Below are positions 11,365 to 21,346 of a stretch of 64,000 nucleotides of DNA, piece by piece. Position numbers and translations under genes: made by a program. Numbering within the stretch: the first letter of the stretch is position 1; every line of letters starts with the position of its first letter. Origin of the DNA: Octopus sinensis. Taxonomy: Eukaryota. The notes beneath the pieces are model-generated. The model did not search any database and was not told the origin of the DNA. It saw only the letters and a program-made list of their open reading frames with translations. The DNA lies in contig NC_042999.1 of the NCBI RefSeq assembly GCF_006345805.1, forward strand, positions 113,460,001-113,524,000, in the 5' to 3' direction.

Positions 11365-13140
11365 TTTTTTTATTACCCACAAGGGGCTAAATATAGAGGT
11401 TTATACAGCACAAAAAACAATACAAAACATAAAATCAGGGAAATAAAAATACAAATAGGAAATCAGGCAAAGAAGAAGAAATAAAAAAACGAATGAAATT
11501 ATGAATAATGATAAAATGAGGCACAATGCCCACTCGAACCCTGAAGTCAAGTGGTTAGATTTGAACATGACTTTGGACAGTTTTTCTCTTTTTTCTTTTG
11601 AAAACAAAATGTTCATAGTTTCATCATCGTTTTTTTTTTTTCTATCTGTTCATGATTACATCTCCATTCTTCTTAATTCCTCATATTCCACAACCCAACT
11701 ATCATACTCACCAATCCACTGTATATGTCCATAAATCCTTCATATCTTTCTTCCTTCTCTAGAATCCCTCTATCATTTCCGTTAAATTTCTCTCTGGGAA
11801 GCTTCACCCTCACCAGTCCTTTCCACCTCCACGTTCTTTCTGTAGATTATCAAGAATCTCTTATGACTACATTCTTTTTCTCTCTACTGCTTGCGTATGT
11901 TTAAGTTTAGACTGTTCCCTTCTTTTTGGGGGTGTCCTCTCGGTTCCTGTTGCTTGTCCCTGCAGGTGTTCCCTTGCCTTTGCCTTCTTTCCCCTTTTGG
12001 GGCTGACAAACCTGTCACTCCCCTCCTTTGCCACTTTCGTTCTATCTTCATTAGTCTTTTCTTTCTCTTTTGCATCTCTGATGCACTTTGCATCGCTTTT
12101 GTCCTCACTGTCTGTCTTTGTTTCAATTTTTACTTCCATCCCTATTTCTTGGTCTTTTTCCACTACTTTCCCACTCTGTGTATGTTCGTTCTTGGGGCAC
12201 TGTGTCTTCATATGACTCCTTACTCCACATATGTAACAATTGGGTCGACGACCCTCTTCAATAACTTTAAGCAAACTTTCCTCTGCAATCTCTATCTGGT
12301 ATGGGATCCTCTCAATATCTTCAAAAGTGGCCAAAAGTCACATCTCAACACTGCATCACCACCAGTTTAACATGTTTGTTCTTCCTACCAGTCCCAACTC
12401 TGGATTGTCTTCAGTCGCAGCCAGAATAGCTGCCACCAATCACTCTGTTTTTATTTCAGGTGCCACTCTCCTTATTCAGATTTGAATACTACGCCTGCCC
12501 CAATATGTGGGCAGCAGCACTACCTTGTCCAACTGCAGAATAGTGGTGGAATGTGAGGCTGCCTCTGCTTTGGTGATAAACCTCACTTCCACCATACCAT
12601 ACTTCTTTCCACTGCTCACAAATGTTGCTTTCTTCATAATGGCTCCCAGACATTCTTCAATATTGTTTATCGATATTTCTATTTTGTTGGTGGCAACCGC
12701 ATGTGTGTGGTACACACTGTCCTATTACTCTTGTCGTTCACTGTTTCTTCTGGAGAGACCAGCTTGATAGTGTTTCCCTCTCTTTGTACAAGTTGTTCAC
12801 TTCTTATGATTTCTTCCATGTTAACTTTTATCTGCTTTGCTTCCACTGCAGCAGTCTTTGCATAGCTTTCATGATGCAAAGCTAATTTTTTCACCCCAAC
12901 AACGGAGAGAAAAACAGCAAAATACAAAAGCAAAAAACAATTACGCGCAAGTTGCTTCAACAAATATTAACAGTAATAATAGCAATATCAACAGACAATC
13001 TTCCTCAATCAAACTGTGGTCAAAAATGATTAACTCCTCCCTCAGTTTACGAACACCTATCATCATGAACAAATTGGATAATGAACAATTTTTCAAACAT
13101 AAACCATCTCAGATGACAAACTGTCACAAATAACAAACAA
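11365..13140 (-). mobile_element. Tx1/L1-type retroelement relic with ORF1 (RRM-like region + CCHC zinc knuckle) and 3' tail but no ORF2
   Basis: SYAKTAA (~12860); IEECLGAIMKKATFVSSGKKYGMVEVRF...LLPTYWGRR; EGRRPNCYICGVRSHMKTQC (CX2CX4HX4C); frame continuous through internal stops from ~12720 to 11870; U-rich 3' UTR ending TTTAGCCCCTTGTGGGTAATAAAAAAA at 11365-11400. Confidence 0.8.
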
Positions 13141-13141
13141 G

Positions 13142-13398
13142 CAAGTCAGTAACAACAGTTGGCAAAAAGTTGGGAAAACCAGAGAATCAGTTGATGTCCA
13201 GCTTTCATTCAGTACACATCGTTACTCAAATTCACCATGCTTTCTTTCAAATTTCTTATGGGAAAAATAATTTCCATTTAATAAGAAATTTGAAAGAAAG
13301 CATGGTGAATTTGAGTAACGATGTGTACTGAATGAAAGCTGGACATCAACTGATTCTCTGGTTTTCCCAACTTTTTGCCAACTGTTGTTACTGACTTG
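13142..13398. repeat. Perfect inverted repeat: 118-bp arms (13142-13259, 13281-13398), 21-nt spacer
   Basis: The arms are exact reverse complements by manual comparison. Confidence 0.97.
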
Positions 13399-15879
13399 AA
13401 TGAGAACCACTTTTAGGAATGAATTAAATTCATAAAGTGAAGTTCCACTATACTTATTTATTTACTGCTGAACTAAGATCAATTGAATCTTCCTTCATGA
13501 AGCAATCCTATTCAGTAAACTATGAAAATGTTAAACAAATTGCTTTGAAGCCAACATGCAATATCTCTGATTAATTAGAGAAGAGTCAATTGCCTGAAGC
13601 TATAGTTCTTGATTTTTCTTACTCTTTTAATACTTGTAATGCCCAAGATAGTTTATATTAACAATAGATGAATGCATTTCTTTTTGCAATAATTGGATGG
13701 GTTTTTTTTTTTTTTATCACAGTAAATAAAAACCATCTTTCATTTCTATTAATATTCTTATGCTAAGAACAGAAAAGATTATTACAAAATGATGAGTTAT
13801 CATTAAAGCTCTTTTGTCGACAAGAAACAAAAACCTTATTTTTATTAATTGGCGACTGACAGCAAATGGCTTTTAATTGGAATATTTTTTAGAGAAATAA
13901 TATCACTGCATGATTAAGAAGTTTACTTCTCAATTGTGGTTTTGGATTCAGTGCTATTGCACAACACTTTGGCTATCATCTATCATGGCCCTAGGCTGAT
14001 CAGTCTTGAGAGTTGATTTCTGTAGACAAAAACCGAGAGAAAACCATCGTGTGTGTGTGTGTATCTATATAAATAAATGCATGTGGGTATTTATGTCTTC
14101 CTTGCTTGTTGTTATCAGTTCTTCTATCACCAAATCCTCTGCACTTTCTTTAAAATATTAGTGGCAGGAAAGGCATCCAGCTGTAAAAATGATCCTTGAT
14201 AACATGCATCTAACCCATGCAAACATAGAAAACAAATGTAAAAATGAATTAAATGGTATTTATAGTCAAAATTTTATTCTTCTCTATTTACTGTTGATAT
14301 TGGCTCATATTATTTTAGGCTAGCCAGCAATATACATACACACACTGGAATGAGTATCATTTCAAGGGAGAAAACTAAAAGTGAATCAACTTGAAAATTT
14401 AAATTTCAAATATATAAATATGTTATCCAGTTAACTGAAATTATTTTAATGTCTGATTCAGAAAACACATAAGTCAAACCTGTATATGACAGTTGACATA
14501 AACATTGTCATATTAGGGTAGCACCAGGTTAGTACTGATCAAGCAGACTTACGATCAAATGCATCCAATCCACAATCATCCCTTTTTTAAAAATAGAATG
14601 TAACCAGGACTGCATTATCTAATGTGTCCATCTATTTTAAAGATGGCATGTTGTAATTTGAATAAGATTTTGCAGTTATCCTTGCAAATTGACAAACCAA
14701 TGGAGGCTTCATCAGTAAAGTTACCTTCTTTCTTCATGCTATACACTATAAATCACTGAGTGTAGTCATTGTAATTAAACCAGTAACCTATCTTGCACAA
14801 AAATTAATGAGAAATATAAATGCATTGATTTCAGTCTTTAAACCCTTTAAAGCTTTTACACAAGGAAAAATAATGTTATTACTGATACTTATTTTACCAA
14901 TCCCAAAATGATAAAAGACAAATTAATCTTAGCAGGGGCTAAATTTAAAACTACTTAAGATTGAAACCTAAAACTGTCCAACAGTTAATGTTTCAATAAT
15001 CTTCCCCAAGACCTTGATTAGATCTCTTGTAGGGTTTCCTTGCTAGTTACAGATGCCAGTATTTCAAATACGCTATGCAAATATACAATTAAAAACAAAA
15101 ATTATTAAAAATGCAATGCATATAATTAGCTTAGCTATAGCAATTTCTTGTGGAAGACCTAGCAACCTTTGATGAAGTGCTGGTTGAGAAACTTAGCCCA
15201 AGATCATTTTAATAACATGTCAACATAATGCAATACTTCGTTTATGTGTTCTTATCGAGGTGTTTTTCCAGTATGTCTCTGCATATATATCCAGAAATCA
15301 GCTAGTGACATAAATCTGAAAACTGATCATGTATCTTCTCATATTTGTGTTATTTATAGGCACTTTTATGCTACAAGTGGTTACATCAAGACAGCATTTT
15401 CTGTTAAATTCTTTAACATCAAACAAGTCAATGCAACTTCTTGCTGAGAGTTTTGAAGAGTAAATCTATCAAATTTAGGGAATGTTCATTTTGAATGAAA
15501 TAATTTAAATACTTTAGCATTTACTTGTCACAAACCTAACACACTACATATATAAACATTGTTGGCACGCTGGTAGTTCATAGAATTTCTTCCAAGCTAA
15601 TGAGCAAATAAAAGAAATATCAGCCAAATCTCTCTCTCAAATCATATTCAACAGCCTTTTTTTATGAAAATAAGGATGTATTGAATAGTTAAGCCCTCAT
15701 ACACTTCAATCGGCTCCATCAAAGCTGACCTGAAACTAAACAACATCGACTAGGGTAACAAAGATCAAATATTAGTATTAGACCTGACTAACAGTAACAA
15801 CATAGGATATTTAGAATTACTAGCTTAATTCAAAAGCTATAAACCCTACCAACAAACAAAGAAGACAATACAAAATTTT

Positions 15880-16390
15880 AGGTGCAGACATGGCTATGGT
15901 AAGAAGTTTGCTACCCAACCACATGGTTCTGGGTTCAATCCCACTGCATGTGTCTCCTACTATAGGAGAGACAAGTGTCTCCTACTATAAGCCCAGGGCC
16001 AACCAAAGATTTATGAGTGGATTTGATGGAAACTGAAAGAAGCCTGTCATATGTATGTATGTAGGGTATCCAGCCATAGAAACAATGTCACAACACACAG
16101 TTGGAGTCTGGGCAGCTCCCTGCAAGTCAGCTCCATGTCAAACCATCCAACCCATGCTAGCATAGAAGGCGGTTGTTAAATGATGATGATGATATATATA
16201 AGTGTGCATGTGTGTGTATTTGTGTTTGTGCCCCACCACCACTTGACAACTGGTGTTGGTTTATTTATGTCCTCATAACTTGACAGTTTGGCAAAAGAAA
16301 GCAACAGAATAAGTACTGCAATCGATTTGTCCAACTAAATCTCTCAAGGTGGTGCACCAGCATGGCAACTTTCCAATGACTGAAACAAGT
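15880..16390 (+). mobile_element. tRNA-derived SINE (family B) interrupted by an RTE-tail fragment
   Basis: Head ATGGCTATGGTAAGAAG...GGGTTCAATCCC, body GGAAACTGAAAGAAGCC, tail AATGACTGAAACAAGTAAAAG; RTE tail AACCATCCAACCCATGC...GATGATGAT at ~16070-16195. Confidence 0.8.
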
Positions 16391-16476
16391 AAAAGAAACA
16401 ATGAATAGTAAATATTCTAGGTTTCATCAAAATTCTATAAAAAAAAACCCAAAAAACAATGAAAAAGAAAACAAAA

Positions 16477-16482
16477 TTTATT
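16477..16482 (-). terminator. MRPS17: Candidate polyadenylation signal of MRPS17
   Basis: AATAAA on the minus strand ~90 nt after the stop codon, followed by a U/GU-rich downstream tract. Confidence 0.6.
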
Positions 16483-16572
16483 CAATAAATTCCTATAAAA
16501 AAACAGTCATATTTCAAAGTCTAAACCAATGTTCAATAGATGTTATATTTTAAGATAATTAAGTATGGTGTG

Positions 16573-16809
16573 TCAGGAAGGTTTATTAAGTAGTTTTTCC
16601 CTGATTTCCATGTCAACAAACTTAGTCCCAGCACATAGTTTTCCAGTGATAGGATCCACTACAGCACCATTTTTGAACATCATGCTTTGGATTTGATGAG
16701 TAATCTGAACAGTGGGTCGTTCTTTCAGTCTGTCAATTACAACTATATCGCCAATATCACATATTTTCTGAGGATCAAGTGCCCAGTAGGAAGAACGCTT
16801 GTTGAAGTA
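16573..16809 (-). CDS. MRPS17: Mitochondrial ribosomal protein S17 (uS17m), coding exon 2 (last)
   Basis: Acceptor TTTTTCAG| at 16810; YFNKRSSYWALDPQKICDIGDIVVI...GAVVDPITGKLCAGTKF matches the animal MRPS17 pattern YFNKRKTYFAHD...VGDIVL...DPVTGKPCAGT; TGA at 16575-16573. Confidence 0.96.
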   Translation of the reverse strand, partial: YFNKRSSYWALDPQKICDIGDIVVIDRLKERPTVQITHQIQSMMFKNGAVVDPITGKLCAGTKFVDMEIREKLLNKPS

Positions 16810-17132
16810 CTGAAAAATATTAATAAACATATTTAGAGAGCAAGTATTACATCATATATATACAAACAAACACAATCATATATATACACATACGTATATA
16901 TATATACACACACATAGACACATATACACCTACATATATGCACATATACATACATACATTTGTACGTAGACAAATTAAAGAAAATGGAATTAACAAGATT
17001 ATTTAAAATCACTACAATTGTTTTGATGCATTCTCACACCAATAGTTCATAGTTGAAATGTTACACACCCATCATCTTACATCCTAGGTGTAGAATGCAT
17101 CTCCTCAAGTAATTGCTTAAATAAGTTTCTAG

Positions 17133-18065
17133 TTAGATAACCTACAAGATTTTTACCCATGTTTTGAAACATGAAATTCATCACAATATTTTTCAACAAT
17201 GCGGAAATTTTATCCATCAAAGTAAGTACCATTACAATCAACACATTTTTGCCAAGTTTGTTTATTCTGGTAACATAAAAATTTGGAGTTCTGGAGCTGA
17301 AGAACTCTTTGAACGTACTTTCAGCATTGGTTTGATTTTTTAACTCCTTCTCTCACAGGAAACAACCAAGGTGGTTGGAAAAAAGGTAGTTGCTAGGAGA
17401 AAGATCTAGGGAATAAGCTGGGTGGGGAAGAACTTTGTAGCCAAGTTCCCTCAACTTCTGGTGTGTCATTAGTGAAACGTGTGGTTGAGCATTGTTATGA
17501 AGAATAACTGGCCCTCTTCTGTTGACCAGTTTGGGATGGAGGAGTAGCAATTTTCCATTCATTTTGGCAATTTCATGGCAATATGTTTCTGCAGTAATGG
17601 TTTTTCCAGTTTTTAAGAAGTTATAGTGGATGAGTCCAACAGTACACCACCAAACAGTCACCATAACCTTCTTTTTGAAGAGCTTGGGTTTAGGGAAGGT
17701 TTTCAGTGCTTCATTTTGGTCCAACTACTGAGAAGAATATTTTTTATCATTGTACAGAATCCACTTTTCATTGCAAGTTACAATACACTCAAGAAATGGA
17801 TCGGGCTAGTTATAGAGAAGAAGCGACAAGCAAATTTCATATCTGCATATTTTCTGATTTTCATTCAAATCGCGTGGTACCCATTAGTTGAGCTTTTTTG
17901 GATTTTCTGATCGCATGCAAATGGTTGCAGGCAGTTTTCTGGCTAACTTCAAGTTGTTATCAGTTTTCAAGTAGTTTTACTTGGATCTTTCTCAAAGACA
18001 GTCTTTAATTGCTCCATTGCCACATTTAAGCAAAAAGCTCTGACAGTCCGTATTTTAAGAGTGGA
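17133..18065 (-). mobile_element. 5'-truncated mariner (SETMAR/Hsmar-like) in the MRPS17 intron
   Basis: WVPRDL, IVTCNEKWILY, VMVTVWW, ILHNNAQPH, HPAYSLDLSPSNY and C-terminal CVDCNGTYF remnants; TIR-like end at ~17133. Confidence 0.88.
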
Positions 18066-18254
18066 AATTTGGGGATTTATGGGGTGAGTTGGGAAATCAG
18101 AAAAATTTTTTCTCTCTCGCATAATCGAATGAACTCTTGTGTGAAGAACACAAATTCGCGAAAATTTTTTGAAAATTTAAAAAAACATAAAAAGTTATGA
18201 GGAGTTATATGAGGTGTTTAAACCAGAATTCTGCCATACCAAACCAATTATATC

Positions 18255-18395
18255 GGTACTCGATTGGTATTATTTCATTCACCAAAAAGAATGGACGAGA
18301 TGACCTCGTCTGGATTTGAACGTAAAGCATGACGAGCCGGAACAAATATTACATGGCATTTTGTCCGACGTTCTCATAATTCTGCCTGTCTGCTT
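18255..18395 (-). mobile_element. Degraded family-A SINE
   Basis: Reverse complement of the head and body (GATGACCTCGTCTGGATTTGAAC...TTCTGCC). Confidence 0.6.
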
Positions 18396-19108
18396 AACCT
18401 TCATTATACTCAAGATTATGAAAATAACAGGCATTAAGGGAACCGGAAGTTATGGTATTTTATAACTTTCCCCAAGGACATTACTATCAAATTCAAGAGA
18501 GGAAGTTTTATCTGAATGAGTTAAATAACATCGTTCCAACGAAACTGGTTGAAAGCTTGTACCGAAAATCTGTACTCTGAAAATAGACAACCATTCTCTT
18601 CATAAAGTTGGGCAATCTTTTACATCACGACCGTGATCTCGAAAGACTATGTTACCAATATACCAAATACAAATTGAAACCGAAAAATTATATAAAATAC
18701 TGGCATGAATGATAAGGATTAAATTTTACAAAGAAATAACCAGTAATGCTTCAATATTCAAGACATCGAACATATCTATATCTATATCAAATAATAGCTG
18801 TAGTAAAAAGGATAGTATTGTTGTCTAAGGCGACAAAACAAAACATCTTGCACGTGTATTTTTTACTTTTATATTAGTTTCAGTTTCTTCTTTTCTACTT
18901 TCTATCCTATATTGTTGAATTTATGAATAGAATACATAACAGTCTAACACCGACTCTTCTGCCCATAAAAAATAATAATTCTTTCAAATTTTACATCAAT
19001 CACCAGAATTTACTTAGAATAATACGGAGCTTATACAGTACGATGTAGTCTATATTACAAAAAATAAGCAAATAATAAAATTCTGATTAAAAAATATAAA
19101 AACTTTAC

Positions 19109-19225
19109 CTTTAACAGATATTTATCTAAACCAAGTTTCAAACATTGCACTTTGTAGGCATGAGGGTTGACTGTACTTCGTTTAACAATATGTCCCACTA
19201 AGTTTTTACGAAGAGTAGCCGCCAT
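19109..19225 (-). CDS. MRPS17: MRPS17 coding exon 1 (MAATLRKNLVGHIVKRSTVNPHAYKVQCLKLGLDKYLLK)
   Basis: ATG at 19225; 117 nt, phase 0; donor AAG|GTAAAG at 19108; joins exon 2 as LDKYLLK|YFNKR, matching conserved LDPYLLKYFNKR. Total 117 aa. Confidence 0.93.
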
Positions 19226-19661
19226 GATAGCTGCTTGCGTAAACGAAGTTATGTCCCTTGCTTCTGACTGAATTACGTCCCTTTATTCATGGTGTAATAA
19301 TTCTGTTAATCGAACAAATTGTCATTATACGTAAGAGCGGCCAGATATTAGGTTTTAAGGTTGGATAGTCTGGATTTTAAGCGCCTTAGCATCTATCTAG
19401 CAATAACTTGAGCCAGCTGTTAATTTATCCTCCTTTTTAATTGAGAGTTGACTGAGAAGAAAAACATACAAATGGCCTATCCGAAAAGTGGGATCTAAGA
19501 AGTGAACACTGAATCTATAAATATGAAAAAAAAAAAAATTCACGTACATGGATGTATGCATGTATGACTTCATCACTTAGATAACAACAATTTGTATGAG
19601 GACAACAATAATATTACATATTAGTGATCTACCAACAGATTACATTTGTAAAGTCCCTGTC

Positions 19662-19770
19662 AACAAGTCTCTTTGCTTGAATACCCAGGATTTTCCAGAT
19701 TCTCGCTTATATATTACATATCTAAGCGAGAATCTGGAAAATCCTGGGTATTCAAGCAAAGAGACTTGTT
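19662..19770. repeat. Perfect 48-bp inverted repeat (19662-19709, 19723-19770) with quasi-palindromic 13-nt spacer
   Basis: AACAAGTCTC...CTCGCTTA / TAAGCGAG...GAGACTTGTT exact; spacer TATATTACATATC pairs further around a TAC loop. Confidence 0.97.
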
Positions 19771-19861
19771 AAGATAACAAAAGAAAGAAAGAGACTTCGA
19801 TATTATGTAAATAGAGGAATTTATCTGTAAATGTATTATGTGACAATTATTCAGTAGCCAA

Positions 19862-19922
19862 GATAAAACTCCGAGTTTCGGATGCCGAGGTGGAAATTCA
19901 CGTCACCATCTCTTCAGTTATC
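19862..19922 (-). ncRNA. Type I hammerhead ribozyme motif (probably in a Penelope-like/retrozyme repeat fragment, ~19790-20020)
   Basis: Minus strand: GATAA-CTGAAGA-GATG...CATC-C-GAAA-CTC-G-GAG-T-T/TTATC. Stem I GATAA:TTATC, stem II GATG:CATC, stem III A-CTC/GAG-T, GUU cleavage triplet. Confidence 0.8.
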
Positions 19923-20164
19923 CGGCCATCGCAAAAATGCTATGAAAAATGACCGTTATACAAAGAGAAATTACTGTGTTATTGAGCGCTATTAAGAAAA
20001 AAGAGCTATTCGAATAACTGCTAAGTAAGGTGGGAGTAAAAGTAAGGGGTTAAATAGTTCATAGTATTCGCGTAATTGCGCCTGTTTATACCTACACATG
20101 CGCACCCGGACACCCACGTGCGTGCGCCTAAAAGTATGTATTCATCCACCCTCACTCTCACTAC

Positions 20165-20377
20165 AAACAACGGCAGTGAATACATGTCATTGATTGGTTG
20201 AGATTTCCGAAATACGACAACTTTAACAAGAAATAACTTCCAAACTATAGAATTTTCTCAACAACGCCAAGAGTAAAATATGTTTTATGCGACACATTCT
20301 ACGAATATACGAAGTTTGAAAGTGTTTAGTTACAAATAATTACTTTTTAAATCTGTCGGTCAAAAAGGTAAAGATCT
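20165..20377. mobile_element. Solo terminal arm of the foldback element family seen at 23533-24311
   Basis: GTCATTGATTGGTTGA...GAAGTTTGAAAGTGTTTAGTTACAAA...AAAGATCT aligns with 24110-24311. Confidence 0.8.
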
Positions 20378-21210
20378 TTCAAATAAATATATAAATAGTT
20401 AGGTCAAATGAAAGAGGTTCATGGGAAAATGGTACATGATATGAAATCAAAGAAACTTGACTGAATAAAAAAAAAAGCTCAACATAAGATACATTTATAG
20501 CCTCTTCACTATCTGCTGGGGTGCCCTTTTCGTGCTATATTTCTTCACCAAGTAGTTAAAGAGAAGAAATTATTGAAATTAGACATTACTCACTTTACCA
20601 TATTTTAGACGTCATGTTTTGAAACTGAAAATTATCAAACTAGACATTAGTGTGGGGATAAATTAACTTGGAATCCAACAGAGAAAAGAATATTGATTGT
20701 TAAACGCTAAAAATTATCTAGATATTTTATTATTAGCAACCTCAATTGCAATCGTGAAAGTTATAATGAAAATTGAGGAAAAATTTCTGGTAAAAAGGCC
20801 CTGCCACCTGACTCTTTCATCTTCAACAATTATGCTGACCAATTTTTACTCATAAAGATGATGCAACAGTACAAAATAATGATGAACACTTGCAATATAA
20901 TGATTTCAAACAGGTAGGGAGAAAATGACGAGTAATCAAAAGTTACTAATTTTGCCCCCTCCCCTCCCTAATGATAAGTTTCGGAGTTTATACTTGGTTG
21001 GTTTATGTTTGTATCTGAAATCGTGCGTTAAAATAGCAGAGTGATGATAGCCATTAAAAACACGTTCATACATTCACTTTTGTTTATTTTATTTCTTGAT
21101 AGTATTGTATATTAAAACTGTCAATAAGTTTCGGACTGATCAATGAAAATGTTTACAAACAAGCAAGCATGAGGAATAAATTGGTTTTGTTACTGTGTGA
21201 AACTAGTTGG

Positions 21211-21237
21211 TGACGTAGCGGAAGTTGGTGTCACGTG
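21211..21237 (+). promoter_or_regulatory. MED15: MED15 proximal promoter motif cluster: CRE-like TGACGTA, ETS GCGGAAGT, E-box GTCACGTG
   Basis: Three motifs packed in 27 bp, 48-74 nt upstream of the ATG, in a locally CpG-rich patch. Function is inferred. Confidence 0.6.
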
Positions 21238-21284
21238 CTCAGAGTGGTTGTCACGACAGAGGAATATTCTATGGTATCTCCATT

Positions 21285-21346
21285 ATGTCAGACATGCAGA
21301 ACGAGTGGAAAACCACGGAATTTCGTAACAGGGTGGTCATGCAGAT
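21285..21346 (+). CDS. MED15: Mediator subunit 15, coding exon 1 (MSDMQNEWKTTEFRNRVVMQI)
   Basis: Matches the MED15 KIX N-terminus (DWRSTAFRQKLVSQI pattern); donor AT|GTAAGT at 21347, phase 2. Confidence 0.92.

Noticed and set aside
11891-12370. 159-aa plus-strand ORF
   Set aside because: Antisense shadow of the retroelement ORF1.
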